Assembly: GCA_963814585.1 (NCBI GenBank)
Contig: CAWFDF010000014.1
Location: 160,001 to 224,000 of the forward strand
DNA: 64,000 bases
Direction of reading: 5' to 3'
DNA from: an uncultured delta proteobacterium
GTDB lineage: Bacteria > Myxococcota > Myxococcia > Myxococcales > Anaeromyxobacteraceae
Below are positions 19,607 to 28,880 of this stretch, piece after piece; position 1 is the first letter of the stretch; each line of letters opens with the position of its first letter. The notes under the pieces were generated by a model. That model had not been told where the DNA came from and searched no databases. It saw nothing but the letters and a program-made list of their open reading frames with translations. Position numbers and translations under genes: made by a program.

Positions 19607-19620
19607 TTGATGCAGGTCAA
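19607..19620. promoter_or_regulatory. FNR/CRP-family-like box upstream of the giant cytochrome
   Basis: TTGAT-GCAG-GTCAA, one mismatch from TTGAT-N4-ATCAA, in an AT-richer intergenic stretch about 95 bp before the start codon. Confidence 0.5.
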
Positions 19621-19721
19621 GCGATCGAAAATTTACCTGTCGGAACGCACTTTTCACGACATGGCCGCGGCGCCGAGGCCAGCGCGCAGAGCGCCCGTGG
19701 ACGGGGGGCGGGGCTGGAACG

Positions 19722-21220
19722 TCACAGCTTGTTCGGGCCGGGTGTCTCCGACTGCAACCCGGCCGGGTGGTCCTCCAGCTTCTGCTTTCGCGCCTGCTCC
19801 ACGAACCACTCCATGGGGCGCTCGGTCTGGTCCTTGAACGTCTGGAGGGACTCGTCGCGCTGGCGCGCGGCGTCCTCGTCACCCTGCGAGACCAGGATCT
19901 CGTCCACCACCTGCGGGCAGGAGGCCACCGAGCCCGGGCGGGCCTCGATCTCCTCGCGGGTGCTCGGCTCGGCCGGTGGCGCCCTGGCGATCAGCATCTT
20001 CAGGTCGATGGAGAAGTTCACGTAGGTCTCCAGCATCCGGAAGATGGCCGAGTCGCCCATGCCGCCCACCGGCCGCTCGTCGGGCAGCGGCGAGACCTTG
20101 CCGCCCTCGAGCTTGGCCCGGCCCACGATCTCGCAGCCTCGACCCGCCGTCGGTGGTGTACCCGAGGTTGTCGGTGATGACCGCCAGCACGGTGGGGACG
20201 TTGGCGAGGTCCCAGTGGGCCATCAGCCCGACCTTCCCGTCGGGCAGTGGCTCGAGCGTGTCGACGTCCATGGCCAGCACGCGCGACCAGGGCGGCACCG
20301 GGCGGATCCGGTTGCGCGGCGGCAGGCCCTGGACGCGGCGCCGGAGGGCGTCGTCGAAGAGGTTGGTGGCGGTCTCGGCCTCGCCGAGCACGTTGACGCA
20401 GTGTGAGGAGGGGACCCCGAGCGTCTCCTCCACCATGGCGTAGTAGTCGTCGCGGGTCACCGTCCCGAAGCGCCCACGGTAGCCGCCGCCGTCGCAGATG
20501 CGGCTCCCGGTAGGCAGCTTGAAGGTCCATCTTCTTCCGCTTGCAGGCCTGGAAGAAGTAGACGTAGGCGGAGGTGGCGCCGATGATCGCCACCGGCACG
20601 CCACTCGCCTCCGCCTCGCGCAGCGCCTTGAGCAGGCCGTGGATGTCGATGCCGGTCCGGTTCAGCAGGAACTGGCTGTCGGGGGTGCCGAAGTGGGTCC
20701 GCGTCTGCTCCATGCCGATGGCCATGCCCATGGAAGGCGCCATCTCCGGGCTGGGGGCCAGGATGAGGATGCGGCAGCGCCGCCCCTCCTCGAAGTCGGG
20801 GAAGAGGTAGGCGCCGGTCATCCGCTTGTTGGCGCCGAAGACCAGCCGCTTGCCGTCCTCGTCGCGGAAGATGCGGCCCCGCTGGGTCAGGCTGGTGGTC
20901 CCGCCGGTGAGGCAGCCCATCACCGCCCGCTCCAGCGGGAAGGAGGCCACCAGGTGGGTCTTGAACATGTCGTTGTAGACCAGCGGGATGTCCTGCCAGC
21001 GAGACACGTCGCCGGGGCGCACCTTCTTGGCCTCACAGAACTCGCGGAAGATCGGGTTCACCTCGTGGTGAAGGGCGAACATCCGCAGGCAGGAGCCGTT
21101 GAAGTCGGGCACCTCGGCGTCCACGCCGGCCTCGATGTACCCGAGGACCTCGTCGGTCAGCCTCCGGCGCTCGAGGGCGGGGCCGGACGGCTCGGAGGTG
21201 GCGGCGGGCGGGGTCGGCAT
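19722..21220 (-). CDS. LuxE/PaaK-like acyl-protein synthetase with two apparent +1 frameshifts (probably sequencing errors)
   Basis: Three consecutive frames join: WQDIPLVYNDMFK...TGGTT...KKM / TFKLPTGSRICDGGGYRG...PPWSRV...WDLAN...ITDNLG / CEIVGRA. Removing one base near 20527 and one near 20144 gives a 498-aa ORF. Confidence 0.8.
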
Positions 21221-21285
21221 GCTCGGTTCCTTTGCACGAGGAAGGCCAGCAGGAGCGGCGCGCTCGCGCACCGCGGCACCGGCGG

Positions 21286-22653
21286 CTACGGGGCGATCGA
21301 ACCGGTGAGGGCGGGACCGGGCCGCGCCTGCTTCTCGCGCACGGCCTGCTTCGATTCCTTCCACTTCTGGTACGCGATCTTCATGCCGGTGCGGACCGGG
21401 AGCTGGTTCATCAGCGAGAGGACGTGGGCGTGGGGGAAGCCGGACGCCGGGACCTCGAACATGTGCTTCCAGATCCGCCCCAGCTTGAGCAGCTCCAGCG
21501 AGGTCTCGTAGAACCGCTCCTCGCGGACGTCCGGCGTCATGGCCGGATCCGGGTGCTCGAAGAGCGCGTAGGCGCCCGTGTAGTACTCCCAGCCCAGGTC
21601 CCTGTAGAGGTAGGGCTCGTACTCCTGGCGCAGGTCGGTGCCCGGGTACGGGACCACCAGCGAGGGGTGCATGCTCACGCCCAGCCGGTCGGCCAGGTCG
21701 ACGGCGCGCCGGTAGTCGTCGAGCGAGTCGGCGCGCGAGCCGAGCATGAAGAAGAGGGAGACGTCGATGCCGTGGTCCTTCAGGGTCCGCACCGCCCGCT
21801 CCCGGTCGACGCCGACCTTGCGGTCGGCGCGGTACGCCTCGAGCCCTCCATCGGTGATCGACTCCCACCCCACCCAGACCGTCAGCATGCCGCTCGCCCG
21901 GGCCGCCCTGAGCATGCGGGAGCCCTCCGGGGCGAGCACCGGCGCCAGGCTGCCGAACCCCATCCACTTCTTCCTGCTGCCCCGGAGCGCCGTGAAGAGC
22001 TCGGTGGCCCGATCCGTCTTCCCGAGCCACCAGATGTTCTCGTCGCCGTTGATGTACATCTTGCCCGGGATGGCATCGACGTCGCGCACCACGTCGTCGA
22101 TGGGGCGCATGCGGATCCGCGAGCCGAAGACCTTCCTCACCGTGCAGAAGCTGCACGGGTACGGGCAGCCGCGGGCGGTGCTGACGATGCGGAAGTCGTG
22201 GCCGTGCTTGAGGAGGCCGTAGGCCGGCGTCGGCAGGCCGTCGAGCGGCAGCTGCTCGCCCCGGTAGAAGGGCTGGAGCCGGCCGGCGCGGAAGTCCGCC
22301 AGGACGGTCGGCCAGACCGACTCGGCCTCGCCGGTCACCACCGCATCGGCGTGTTGCCTGGCCTCCTCGGGCAGGGCCGTGGCGTGCATGCCGCCCACCA
22401 CCACCTTGATGCCCCGGGCGCGCAGCCCGTCGGCGATCCGGTAGCCGGGGACGGAGGTCGGCGTCAGCAGGCTGATGGCGGCCAGGTCGCACTCCAGCGT
22501 GTCGAAGACGTCCGGCGTGGCGCTGGCGCTGTAGAGCTCGATCTCGATGCTGGGATCGGCCTGGCGGGTGAGTGCCGCCAGGTACTCGAGGATGGGCGGC
22601 GCGACCGGGGTCCAGCCGAAGGGGAGCGGTGGCTTGATGATGCAGAGCTTCAC
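21286..22653 (-). CDS. Cobalamin-binding radical SAM enzyme
   Basis: VVVGGMHATALPEEA, DAVVTGEAE, TARGCPYPCSFC, GWES, PYPGT. Confidence 0.92.
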   Translation of the reverse strand: MKLCIIKPPLPFGWTPVAPPILEYLAALTRQADPSIEIELYSASATPDVFDTLECDLAAISLLTPTSVPGYRIADGLRARGIKVVVGGMHATALPEEARQHADAVVTGEAESVWPTVLADFRAGRLQPFYRGEQLPLDGLPTPAYGLLKHGHDFRIVSTARGCPYPCSFCTVRKVFGSRIRMRPIDDVVRDVDAIPGKMYINGDENIWWLGKTDRATELFTALRGSRKKWMGFGSLAPVLAPEGSRMLRAARASGMLTVWVGWESITDGGLEAYRADRKVGVDRERAVRTLKDHGIDVSLFFMLGSRADSLDDYRRAVDLADRLGVSMHPSLVVPYPGTDLRQEYEPYLYRDLGWEYYTGAYALFEHPDPAMTPDVREERFYETSLELLKLGRIWKHMFEVPASGFPHAHVLSLMNQLPVRTGMKIAYQKWKESKQAVREKQARPGPALTGSIAP

Positions 22654-22760
22654 GTCAGTCCTCGTCCCCCGGAGGCGGCGGATCGTACCCGATGCCGGAG
22701 GCGGAGTGGAGAGGCCTGCCGGTAAACGAAGTTATTCGAAGCCCTCGGAGGGCTGCGAAA

Positions 22761-24083
22761 TCACAGCGGCTCCACCTTCCAGGCGAGCCGGAGACCATCC
22801 TTCACGCCATAGGCGACCGACCTGCCGTCGGCCGTGAACCGGACCGGGAAGACCTGCTGGTAGGGCGGATGCTGCCGGACCGTCCTGCCGCCGAGGTCGG
22901 CCACCACCACGAAGCGCCTCCCGTCCTGGCGCGCCCGGTAGACGAGGAACCTGCCGTCCGGGCTGAACGCCGGCGAGACCACCCGGTCGAGCGGCGGCCC
23001 TTCCTTGCCGTTCACCACCACGAACCAGCGCTCGCCTCGGCGCGCCACGTAGGCATGTGAGCGGCCGTCGCTGGAGTAGACCAGCGCCTCGAGCTCGTCC
23101 ACGGCCGGTCCGGCAGCCTCGCCCGCGGCGAAGGGCTGGAGCAGGCGAACCAATCCGCCCTCCAGGATCGCGACGCCGAGGGCCTTCTTCCCTGGACGGA
23201 TCACCGGGGGTCCGAACACCTCCCCGGGCGGCAGCGGCTCCTCCAGGTCGTCGAGCACCACCAGCCGCCGGCCGGCTCGCTCCGCCAGGTAGGCCACCGA
23301 CGCGCCGTCCGGACCGAGGGCCGGGCTGGACGCCGCATCGTAGCCCGGCCCCCGGTGGACCCGGCCTGGCGCGGCGAAGGCCAGCTTCAGCACGGTGGCC
23401 TTCCCTTCCCGTTCCCCGACGGCCGCGAGCCACCTCCCATCCGCGCTGCTCACCAGCTCGGAGGCGCGTGCCTCGACCACCACCTGCTCCTGGAAGTCGA
23501 GGTCGCTCACCAGCAGCCGTCCGACGCCCTGCTGGTCGGGGTCGGCGATGAAGGCGAGCCGCGAGGAGTCGCCGCTGAACCGGAGCTCCGGAGGGGGCGA
23601 CCGGGCGCCCGGGCCCAGCGTGCCGTCGATGACCGGGTGCCACCGCTCCCCGGCCCGGGCCAGGTAGGCGACGTGCGCGCCGTCGGGGCTGAAGGCGGGG
23701 GCCTGGATCTCGGCGAACCCCGGCCCCTCCGCGCCATCGACGACCAGCCGCCAGGTCCCGTCGACGAGCGCGCCGTGGGCGCAGCGCCGCCCGTCGGGGC
23801 TGAGGACGATCGTCCCCACGGCGGCGAAGGCCTTGCCGGGGCGCCCGTCGTGGACGACCTGGAAGCGGCCGCCCTCCTGCTCGACCCAGGCGACGCCACC
23901 GCCGCGCTCGGCGAAGAGGTACTCCCGCTCCGCGTCCGCCGGCAGGGTGGCGAGGACGGCCGGCCGGTCGGCGACGGCGGTTGGCGGAGGGCCGCGCACC
24001 GGCTCCGGCCTTCCGCAGCGGCAGCCCGCGAGCGACAGCCAGACGCTGCACGCGGCCGCCAGCGTTCCGAGGCGACGATCCAT
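22761..24083 (-). CDS. Lipoprotein with TolB/WD40-like beta-propeller repeats
   Basis: Lipobox LAGC; repeated (F/L)SPDG..AY.A motifs (LSPDGRR, FSPDGAHVAY, FSGDSSRLAF, YSSDGRSHAY, FSPDGRFLVY, FTADGRSVAY). Confidence 0.8.
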   Translation of the reverse strand: MDRRLGTLAAACSVWLSLAGCRCGRPEPVRGPPPTAVADRPAVLATLPADAEREYLFAERGGGVAWVEQEGGRFQVVHDGRPGKAFAAVGTIVLSPDGRRCAHGALVDGTWRLVVDGAEGPGFAEIQAPAFSPDGAHVAYLARAGERWHPVIDGTLGPGARSPPPELRFSGDSSRLAFIADPDQQGVGRLLVSDLDFQEQVVVEARASELVSSADGRWLAAVGEREGKATVLKLAFAAPGRVHRGPGYDAASSPALGPDGASVAYLAERAGRRLVVLDDLEEPLPPGEVFGPPVIRPGKKALGVAILEGGLVRLLQPFAAGEAAGPAVDELEALVYSSDGRSHAYVARRGERWFVVVNGKEGPPLDRVVSPAFSPDGRFLVYRARQDGRRFVVVADLGGRTVRQHPPYQQVFPVRFTADGRSVAYGVKDGLRLAWKVEPL

Positions 24084-24096
24084 GGCGGGTCTGCCT

Positions 24097-24921
24097 TCAG
24101 TGCTCGACGCGGAAGCCCTTGTGGAAGGTCTCGACCGAGAAGGGAATGCCCCAGTAGCTCACGATCATGACCACCACCGCGGCCAGCGCGTACCAGGCCA
24201 GCCGCCGCCCGCGCCAGCCCATGGTGATGCGCAGGTGGAGGTAGATGCCGTAGACCAGCCAGGAGACCAGGGACCAGACCTCCACCGGGTCCCAGTTCCA
24301 GTAGCTGCCCTTGGCCTGGTCGGCCCAGAGCGCCCCGGTCACGATCATCAGCCCGTACATGATGAAGCCGGCGGCGACGAACCGGTAGCCGAGCCGGTCG
24401 ATGTCGGCCGGGGACGGCAGCCGGTCGTAGATGCCGCCCGATCGCCCCTCCTTGAGCAGGAACATCAACGCCATCCCCGCCGCCATGAGCACGGCGGCGA
24501 AGCCGATGGTGGCGCCGACGATGTGCGCCCAGAGCCAGCCGCTCTGCAGCGCCGGGGCCACCTGCGACGCGGCCGCCTCGCGCAGCGTGCCGGCCCAGCC
24601 GATGAGGACGAAGACCACCGGGAGCACGAAGGCGCCGAGCGGCCGCACCCTGGGCGTCGAGGCCTGCACCACCAGGAAGAGCGCCACCGCCATGAAGGTC
24701 CCGAGCGCCAGCGACTCGGAGATGGAGAAGAACGGGCTGACCCCGCCGGCCACCCAGCGGACGGCGATGCTGGAGAGGTGGGCGACGAAGCCGAGCGCGG
24801 CCGCGCCCAGACCGGCGGCGAGCAGCTTGCCGTTCTCGGCAATGAACCCGAAGACGTAGGCGAAGGCGCTCACCCCGTAGAGCCCGATGGCACACCAGAA
24901 CAGCAGCTGCTCGACGTTCAC
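24097..24921 (-). CDS. ccsA: Cytochrome c biogenesis protein CcsA/ResC (System II)
   Basis: WWD domain GALWADQAKGSYWNWDPVEVWSLVSWLVYGIYLH; LQSGWLWAH; about 8 TM. Confidence 0.92.
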   Translation of the reverse strand: MNVEQLLFWCAIGLYGVSAFAYVFGFIAENGKLLAAGLGAAALGFVAHLSSIAVRWVAGGVSPFFSISESLALGTFMAVALFLVVQASTPRVRPLGAFVLPVVFVLIGWAGTLREAAASQVAPALQSGWLWAHIVGATIGFAAVLMAAGMALMFLLKEGRSGGIYDRLPSPADIDRLGYRFVAAGFIMYGLMIVTGALWADQAKGSYWNWDPVEVWSLVSWLVYGIYLHLRITMGWRGRRLAWYALAAVVVMIVSYWGIPFSVETFHKGFRVEH

Positions 24922-26126
24922 GGGATCTCCTTCGGCACCGGGGTGCCTGGCTCTGGGCGGCTCGGTGCGCGCCTGCCGCGCTTCTCGTCCTGCCGGATGC
25001 GGCCGATGAAGGTCATGGTCATGCCGGCCAGGCCCGCCCAGAGGCTGGTGAGGATGACCGTGAGGCCGGGGTCGTGGCGGACCGTCATGCCGACCCAGTA
25101 TCTCACCTCCCGGGCCTCCAGCCGGTGGTCCCCGGCCTCGAACGTGCCGCCGACGGTCACCTTGCCGGTGGCGGCCGGCTCCGTGGCGCCTGGCACCGCC
25201 TGGTGGTCCTTCCCCGTGGCGCCCCCCGGCCCGGCGCCCGCCTCGCCCAACGGCCAGGTGAAGAACTCCACCTGCCCCGCCCGATCCTGCTCCCGGTCCG
25301 GCACGTACCCCACCTGGAGCAGCAACGCCGGCCTGTCGGGGGGAGGCGGGAACGGGAAGGAGCCCGGCTCCCTGGCTGAACCGGTGGTGTAGAGGAAGGC
25401 CTCCTTGCCCATGGGAATGCTCTGCAGCGGGACCATGGCCGCGTAGAGCTCCCGACCCTGCCGGTCGTGGAGGACGACGCCGAGCGAGTAGCCCTCCTTC
25501 GAGACCAGGTAGCGCACGCCGCGGTGGTCCAGGTTCTGCGTCATGTAGATGGTCGCGGTCGCCCTTCCCTCGCCGTCGCCGACCGCGATCTCGTAGGCGG
25601 CGCGCTTGTCCTGCCCGTCCACCTTGTAGTCCCGGTGCATCTTCAGGAGCGTGGTCTCGCCTCGGAGCCGCGTGAAGTCGAAGAGGCGCCCCACCTCCAC
25701 CGTGTCGTAGCTGGACGCCTCGCCGTTGGGCAGCGTCTCGCCCTCGGTCAGCCGCAGCACCCCCTTGAAGTGGAAGAGGCTGTTGAAGACCACGCCGCCC
25801 AGCAGGGCCATGAAGCTCACGTGGAACAGGATCATGCCCACGGAGATGAGCGTGAGCTTCCGGCCCCAGGTGCGGGCCAGGAAGGTCACTCCCGAGCTCA
25901 GCGCCAGCAGGACCAGCAGCCCGTTGAACCAGAGCGTGTCGAAGATCAGCGCCCAGGCCCGCTCGCCGGTGAAGACGGTCACGCCCACCAGGCAGCAGGC
26001 GAGGACGGCGACCAGCAGGGCGATGGCGAGGCGCGGCGAGGAGATCACCGCGAAGGCCCGCCGGCCCAGGCCGGGCCCGGGGCGGCGCGGAGGCACGGTC
26101 GCGGCTGGGCCTTCGACGGGCGTCAT
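24918..26126 (-). CDS. resB: Cytochrome c biogenesis protein ResB/CcsB-like
   Basis: ISSPRLAIALL, IFDTLWFNGLLVLL, GMILFHVS, LRLTEGET, VRHDPG then C-terminal TM; GTGA-coupled to ccsA. Confidence 0.85.
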   Translation of the reverse strand: MTPVEGPAATVPPRRPGPGLGRRAFAVISSPRLAIALLVAVLACCLVGVTVFTGERAWALIFDTLWFNGLLVLLALSSGVTFLARTWGRKLTLISVGMILFHVSFMALLGGVVFNSLFHFKGVLRLTEGETLPNGEASSYDTVEVGRLFDFTRLRGETTLLKMHRDYKVDGQDKRAAYEIAVGDGEGRATATIYMTQNLDHRGVRYLVSKEGYSLGVVLHDRQGRELYAAMVPLQSIPMGKEAFLYTTGSAREPGSFPFPPPPDRPALLLQVGYVPDREQDRAGQVEFFTWPLGEAGAGPGGATGKDHQAVPGATEPAATGKVTVGGTFEAGDHRLEAREVRYWVGMTVRHDPGLTVILTSLWAGLAGMTMTFIGRIRQDEKRGRRAPSRPEPGTPVPKEIP

Positions 26127-26176
26127 GGATGGGCGCACCTTACCAAAGCTCCACGCCGCACCGTGACCGGAGTCAA

Positions 26177-26356
26177 AGCGCCCCTCGCCTGGCCCGAGCC
26201 CGTCGCGAGGCACACGATGCCGTCGGCGAGCCGGGTCGCACGACGACGGAGCAGCGGAAGCGGGCTGGTGGCCCGCTGAGCAGCGGACGGAGGAGTCCGC
26301 CCGGCGCAGCCAGGCAGCGTGCGCCGCAGTAGGGATCGGGTCAGGCGAGTGGCGCT
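26177..26356. repeat. 180-bp MITE/REP-like element with 25-bp imperfect terminal inverted repeats
   Basis: AGCGCCCCTCGCCTGGCCCGAGCCC (26177-26201) vs reverse complement of 26332-26356, 22/25 match; core 26226-26301 resembles 52657-52731. Confidence 0.65.
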
Positions 26357-26367
26357 ATCAGCCCGGC

Positions 26368-27021
26368 CTACTCGTCCACCCGGACCACGCCCCGCTTGAT
26401 GGCGAAGCGGACCAGCTCGGTGCGGTTGTGCAGCCCGAGCTTCTCCATCACGTGCTCGCGATGCGTCATGGCGGTCTTGACGCTGATGCCGAGCACGTCG
26501 GCCACCTCCTTGTTGCTCTTCCCGTCGGCCACCAGCTTCAGCACCTGCTTCTCGCGATCGGTGAGCCCGTCGTACGGGTCGGCCTGCCCGGTCGAGGCCG
26601 GCCCGCCCTCCGACATGGCGACCCGGGCCACGGCCGGGTCGAGCACCAGCCCCCCCTTGTGGACGGCGCGGATGGCCCCGGCCAGCTCGGCGCCGGCCGA
26701 GCGCTTGAGCACGTAGCCCGAGACCCCGGCCTGGAGCAGCCGCCGCACGTACTCGCGGTCATCGTACTGGGAGAGGATGAGGATGCGGGCCCGGCGCCCC
26801 TGCTTCTTCAGCTCCAGGCTGGTCTCGATGCCGCCCAGCCCGGGCATGGCGATGTCCATCAGCACCACGTCGGGGTCGAGCCGGGCCACCGCCGCCAGCG
26901 CCTCCTGCCCGTCGCTGGCCTCGCCGACCACCTCGAGGTCCTCGTGCTCCCTGAGCAGCGCGCGCACGCCCTCGCGCAGGATGGCGTGGTCGTCGACGAT
27001 GAGGATGCGGATGGCGCTCAT
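26368..27021 (-). CDS. NarL/LuxR-family response regulator
   Basis: IRILIVDDHAILREG, PDVVLMDIAMP, LTDREKQVLKLVADGKSNKEVADVLGISVKT. Confidence 0.95.
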   Translation of the reverse strand: MSAIRILIVDDHAILREGVRALLREHEDLEVVGEASDGQEALAAVARLDPDVVLMDIAMPGLGGIETSLELKKQGRRARILILSQYDDREYVRRLLQAGVSGYVLKRSAGAELAGAIRAVHKGGLVLDPAVARVAMSEGGPASTGQADPYDGLTDREKQVLKLVADGKSNKEVADVLGISVKTAMTHREHVMEKLGLHNRTELVRFAIKRGVVRVDE

Positions 27022-28880
27022 GGGTGCTCCTCGGCGAGCGGGATGCGGACCTCGAGGCGGGTGCCGGCGCCGGGCGAGGAGTCGACGCGGGCGCGCCCGC
27101 CCAGCAGGACGGCGCGCTCCTGGATGCCCAGCAGCCCCCAGTGCGGCCGCCCCTCGCGCTGCGCCGTCGCGGCCTGGTCGAAGCCCACGCCGTCGTCCTC
27201 GACGTCGACGCAGAGCCAGGCCCCCTCGGCGCGCAGCTCCACCAGCACGTGGGAGGCCTGGGCGTGGCGGGAAACGTTGCTGATGGCCTCCTGGCAGATG
27301 CGGAAGAGGGCGGTCTCCAGCTCGGGCGTCAGGGTGGGCAGCTCGCCGAACTCGCAGCGCACCGCCACGCCACGGGCCGCGAGCGTCCGCTCGGCGTACC
27401 ACTGGACGGCGGAGGCCAGGCCGAGGTCGTCGAGCACCGAGGGGCGCAGGTCGAGGATGAGCCGGTGGACGTCGGCCAGCGCCCGGTTGGCCAGGGTCCG
27501 CAGCTCGTCCAGCTCCGGCGTCCTGCCGGCGCGGACCGCCTCGGCCGCCTGGTCGACGCGCATCAGCAGCGCCGCCAGCGCCTGGGTGGTCTCGTCGTGG
27601 AGCTCCCGCGCCACCCGCTTGCGCTCGTCCTCCTGGGCCGTGATCACCTTGCGCAGCAGCTCGCCGCGCGCCAGCTCGCGCTCCCGCAGCGCCGCGTTGG
27701 CCTGGTTGAGGTCGCGGGTCCGCTCCTCGACCCGCCCCTCCAGCTCCAGGTTGGCCCGCTCCACCCGGGCCACCAGCGCCTGGAGCGACTGGCGCATCCG
27801 GTCGAGGGCCTGGCCCAGGTGGCCGACCTCGTCGTCCCCCAGCTCCGGGATGGGCCAGTCGAGCTGGCCGGAGGCGATTCGCCTGGCCTCGGCGGTGAGC
27901 ACCGCCACCGGCTGGGTCACGCTGCGGGCCGCGCCCCAGGCGAAGAAGCCCGAGAGGGCCACGTGCGCCAGCAGGACGGCGGCCACGGCGAACCACGGCA
28001 GCACCCCTTCGCTCGGCGAGGCGTCCTGCCGGATCACCAGGCCCCAGGGGGCGCTGGCCAGCGGCGCGAAGGTCATCAGCGCGCCGAAGCGGCTCCGCTC
28101 CCCGCGTTCCTCGTGACAGGCGTCGCAGCGCGACGACAGGACCGTCCTGGCCTTCACCAGGCGCGCCAGGTTGGCGCTGCACTCGATCCTGGTCCCGGCC
28201 CGCCGCGGCTCCGACGAGGCGACGATGAGCCCGGTCGGGTCGACCAGCTCGGCCCGCCCGCTCGGGCCCCGGCGGAGCCGGAGCAGCATCTTCCGGAAAT
28301 CGCGGCGGCTCGGGTCGAAGGTCCCACCGGCCACGCCCACCACCAGGCCGGCGAGGTCCCGGACCGGCACCAGCTCGAGGACCAGCGGGCCCTGGCCGTC
28401 GACCTGCAGGACGGAGGTGCGCGGCAGGCCGGTGGCCAGCACCTCCCTCACCAGCGGGACGGCCGCCTGGTGCGCGGGCGCGACGCGGCCGTGCGGCTCC
28501 TCCGCCACCACTTGCTGATCGGCGTCGATGAGGAAGATCGCCTCGCGATGGCGGAAGTGGGCGAAGGCCTCCCGCACCGACCTCCGCAGGAGCGCCGGAT
28601 CGGCCACCTCCAGGCGCGAGCCGATCCCGGCGGCCAGCCGCTGCAGCAGCTCGAGGTCGCCGGTGAGCTCCTCGTCGAAGTGGGCCGCCACCGTGTCGGC
28701 CGCCCTCACCCGGGCCTCCTGCAGGCGGCCGTCGAGCTCGCGGAGCCAGTACCAGGAGGCCAGCGAGACCACCACCAGCGGGAAGAAGGTCCCGATGGCC
28801 ATCAGCAGGTAGACGCGCCTGCGCAGCCCGATGCCGGCCCCCTGGCTCGATGCCGTGGTGCCCGAGGCCGGCGGGGTCAC
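27018..28880 (-). CDS. HisKA_3 (NarX-like) sensor kinase with Cache-like periplasmic domain and CxxCH
   Basis: QEDERKRVARELHDETTQ, DLRPSVLDDLGL, QEAISNVSRHA, DDGVGFD, GLLGIQER; periplasmic SSRCDACHEE; GTG start coupled to the upstream stop. Confidence 0.92.
   Translation of the reverse strand: MTPPASGTTASSQGAGIGLRRRVYLLMAIGTFFPLVVVSLASWYWLRELDGRLQEARVRAADTVAAHFDEELTGDLELLQRLAAGIGSRLEVADPALLRRSVREAFAHFRHREAIFLIDADQQVVAEEPHGRVAPAHQAAVPLVREVLATGLPRTSVLQVDGQGPLVLELVPVRDLAGLVVGVAGGTFDPSRRDFRKMLLRLRRGPSGRAELVDPTGLIVASSEPRRAGTRIECSANLARLVKARTVLSSRCDACHEERGERSRFGALMTFAPLASAPWGLVIRQDASPSEGVLPWFAVAAVLLAHVALSGFFAWGAARSVTQPVAVLTAEARRIASGQLDWPIPELGDDEVGHLGQALDRMRQSLQALVARVERANLELEGRVEERTRDLNQANAALRERELARGELLRKVITAQEDERKRVARELHDETTQALAALLMRVDQAAEAVRAGRTPELDELRTLANRALADVHRLILDLRPSVLDDLGLASAVQWYAERTLAARGVAVRCEFGELPTLTPELETALFRICQEAISNVSRHAQASHVLVELRAEGAWLCVDVEDDGVGFDQAATAQREGRPHWGLLGIQERAVLLGGRARVDSSPGAGTRLEVRIPLAEEHP

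Noticed and set aside
19722..21220. Bioluminescence operon or programmed frameshifting in the luxE-like gene
   Set aside because: No luxA/B/C/D in the window; the shifts are single extra bases in short G runs with no slippery heptamer, like the errors at 10.3-10.9 kb.
8124..22653. RiPP cluster or bacteriochlorophyll (bchE) locus implied by the two B12 radical SAM genes
   Set aside because: No credible precursor peptide, SPASM/RRE domain, peptidase-transporter or photosynthesis genes nearby.
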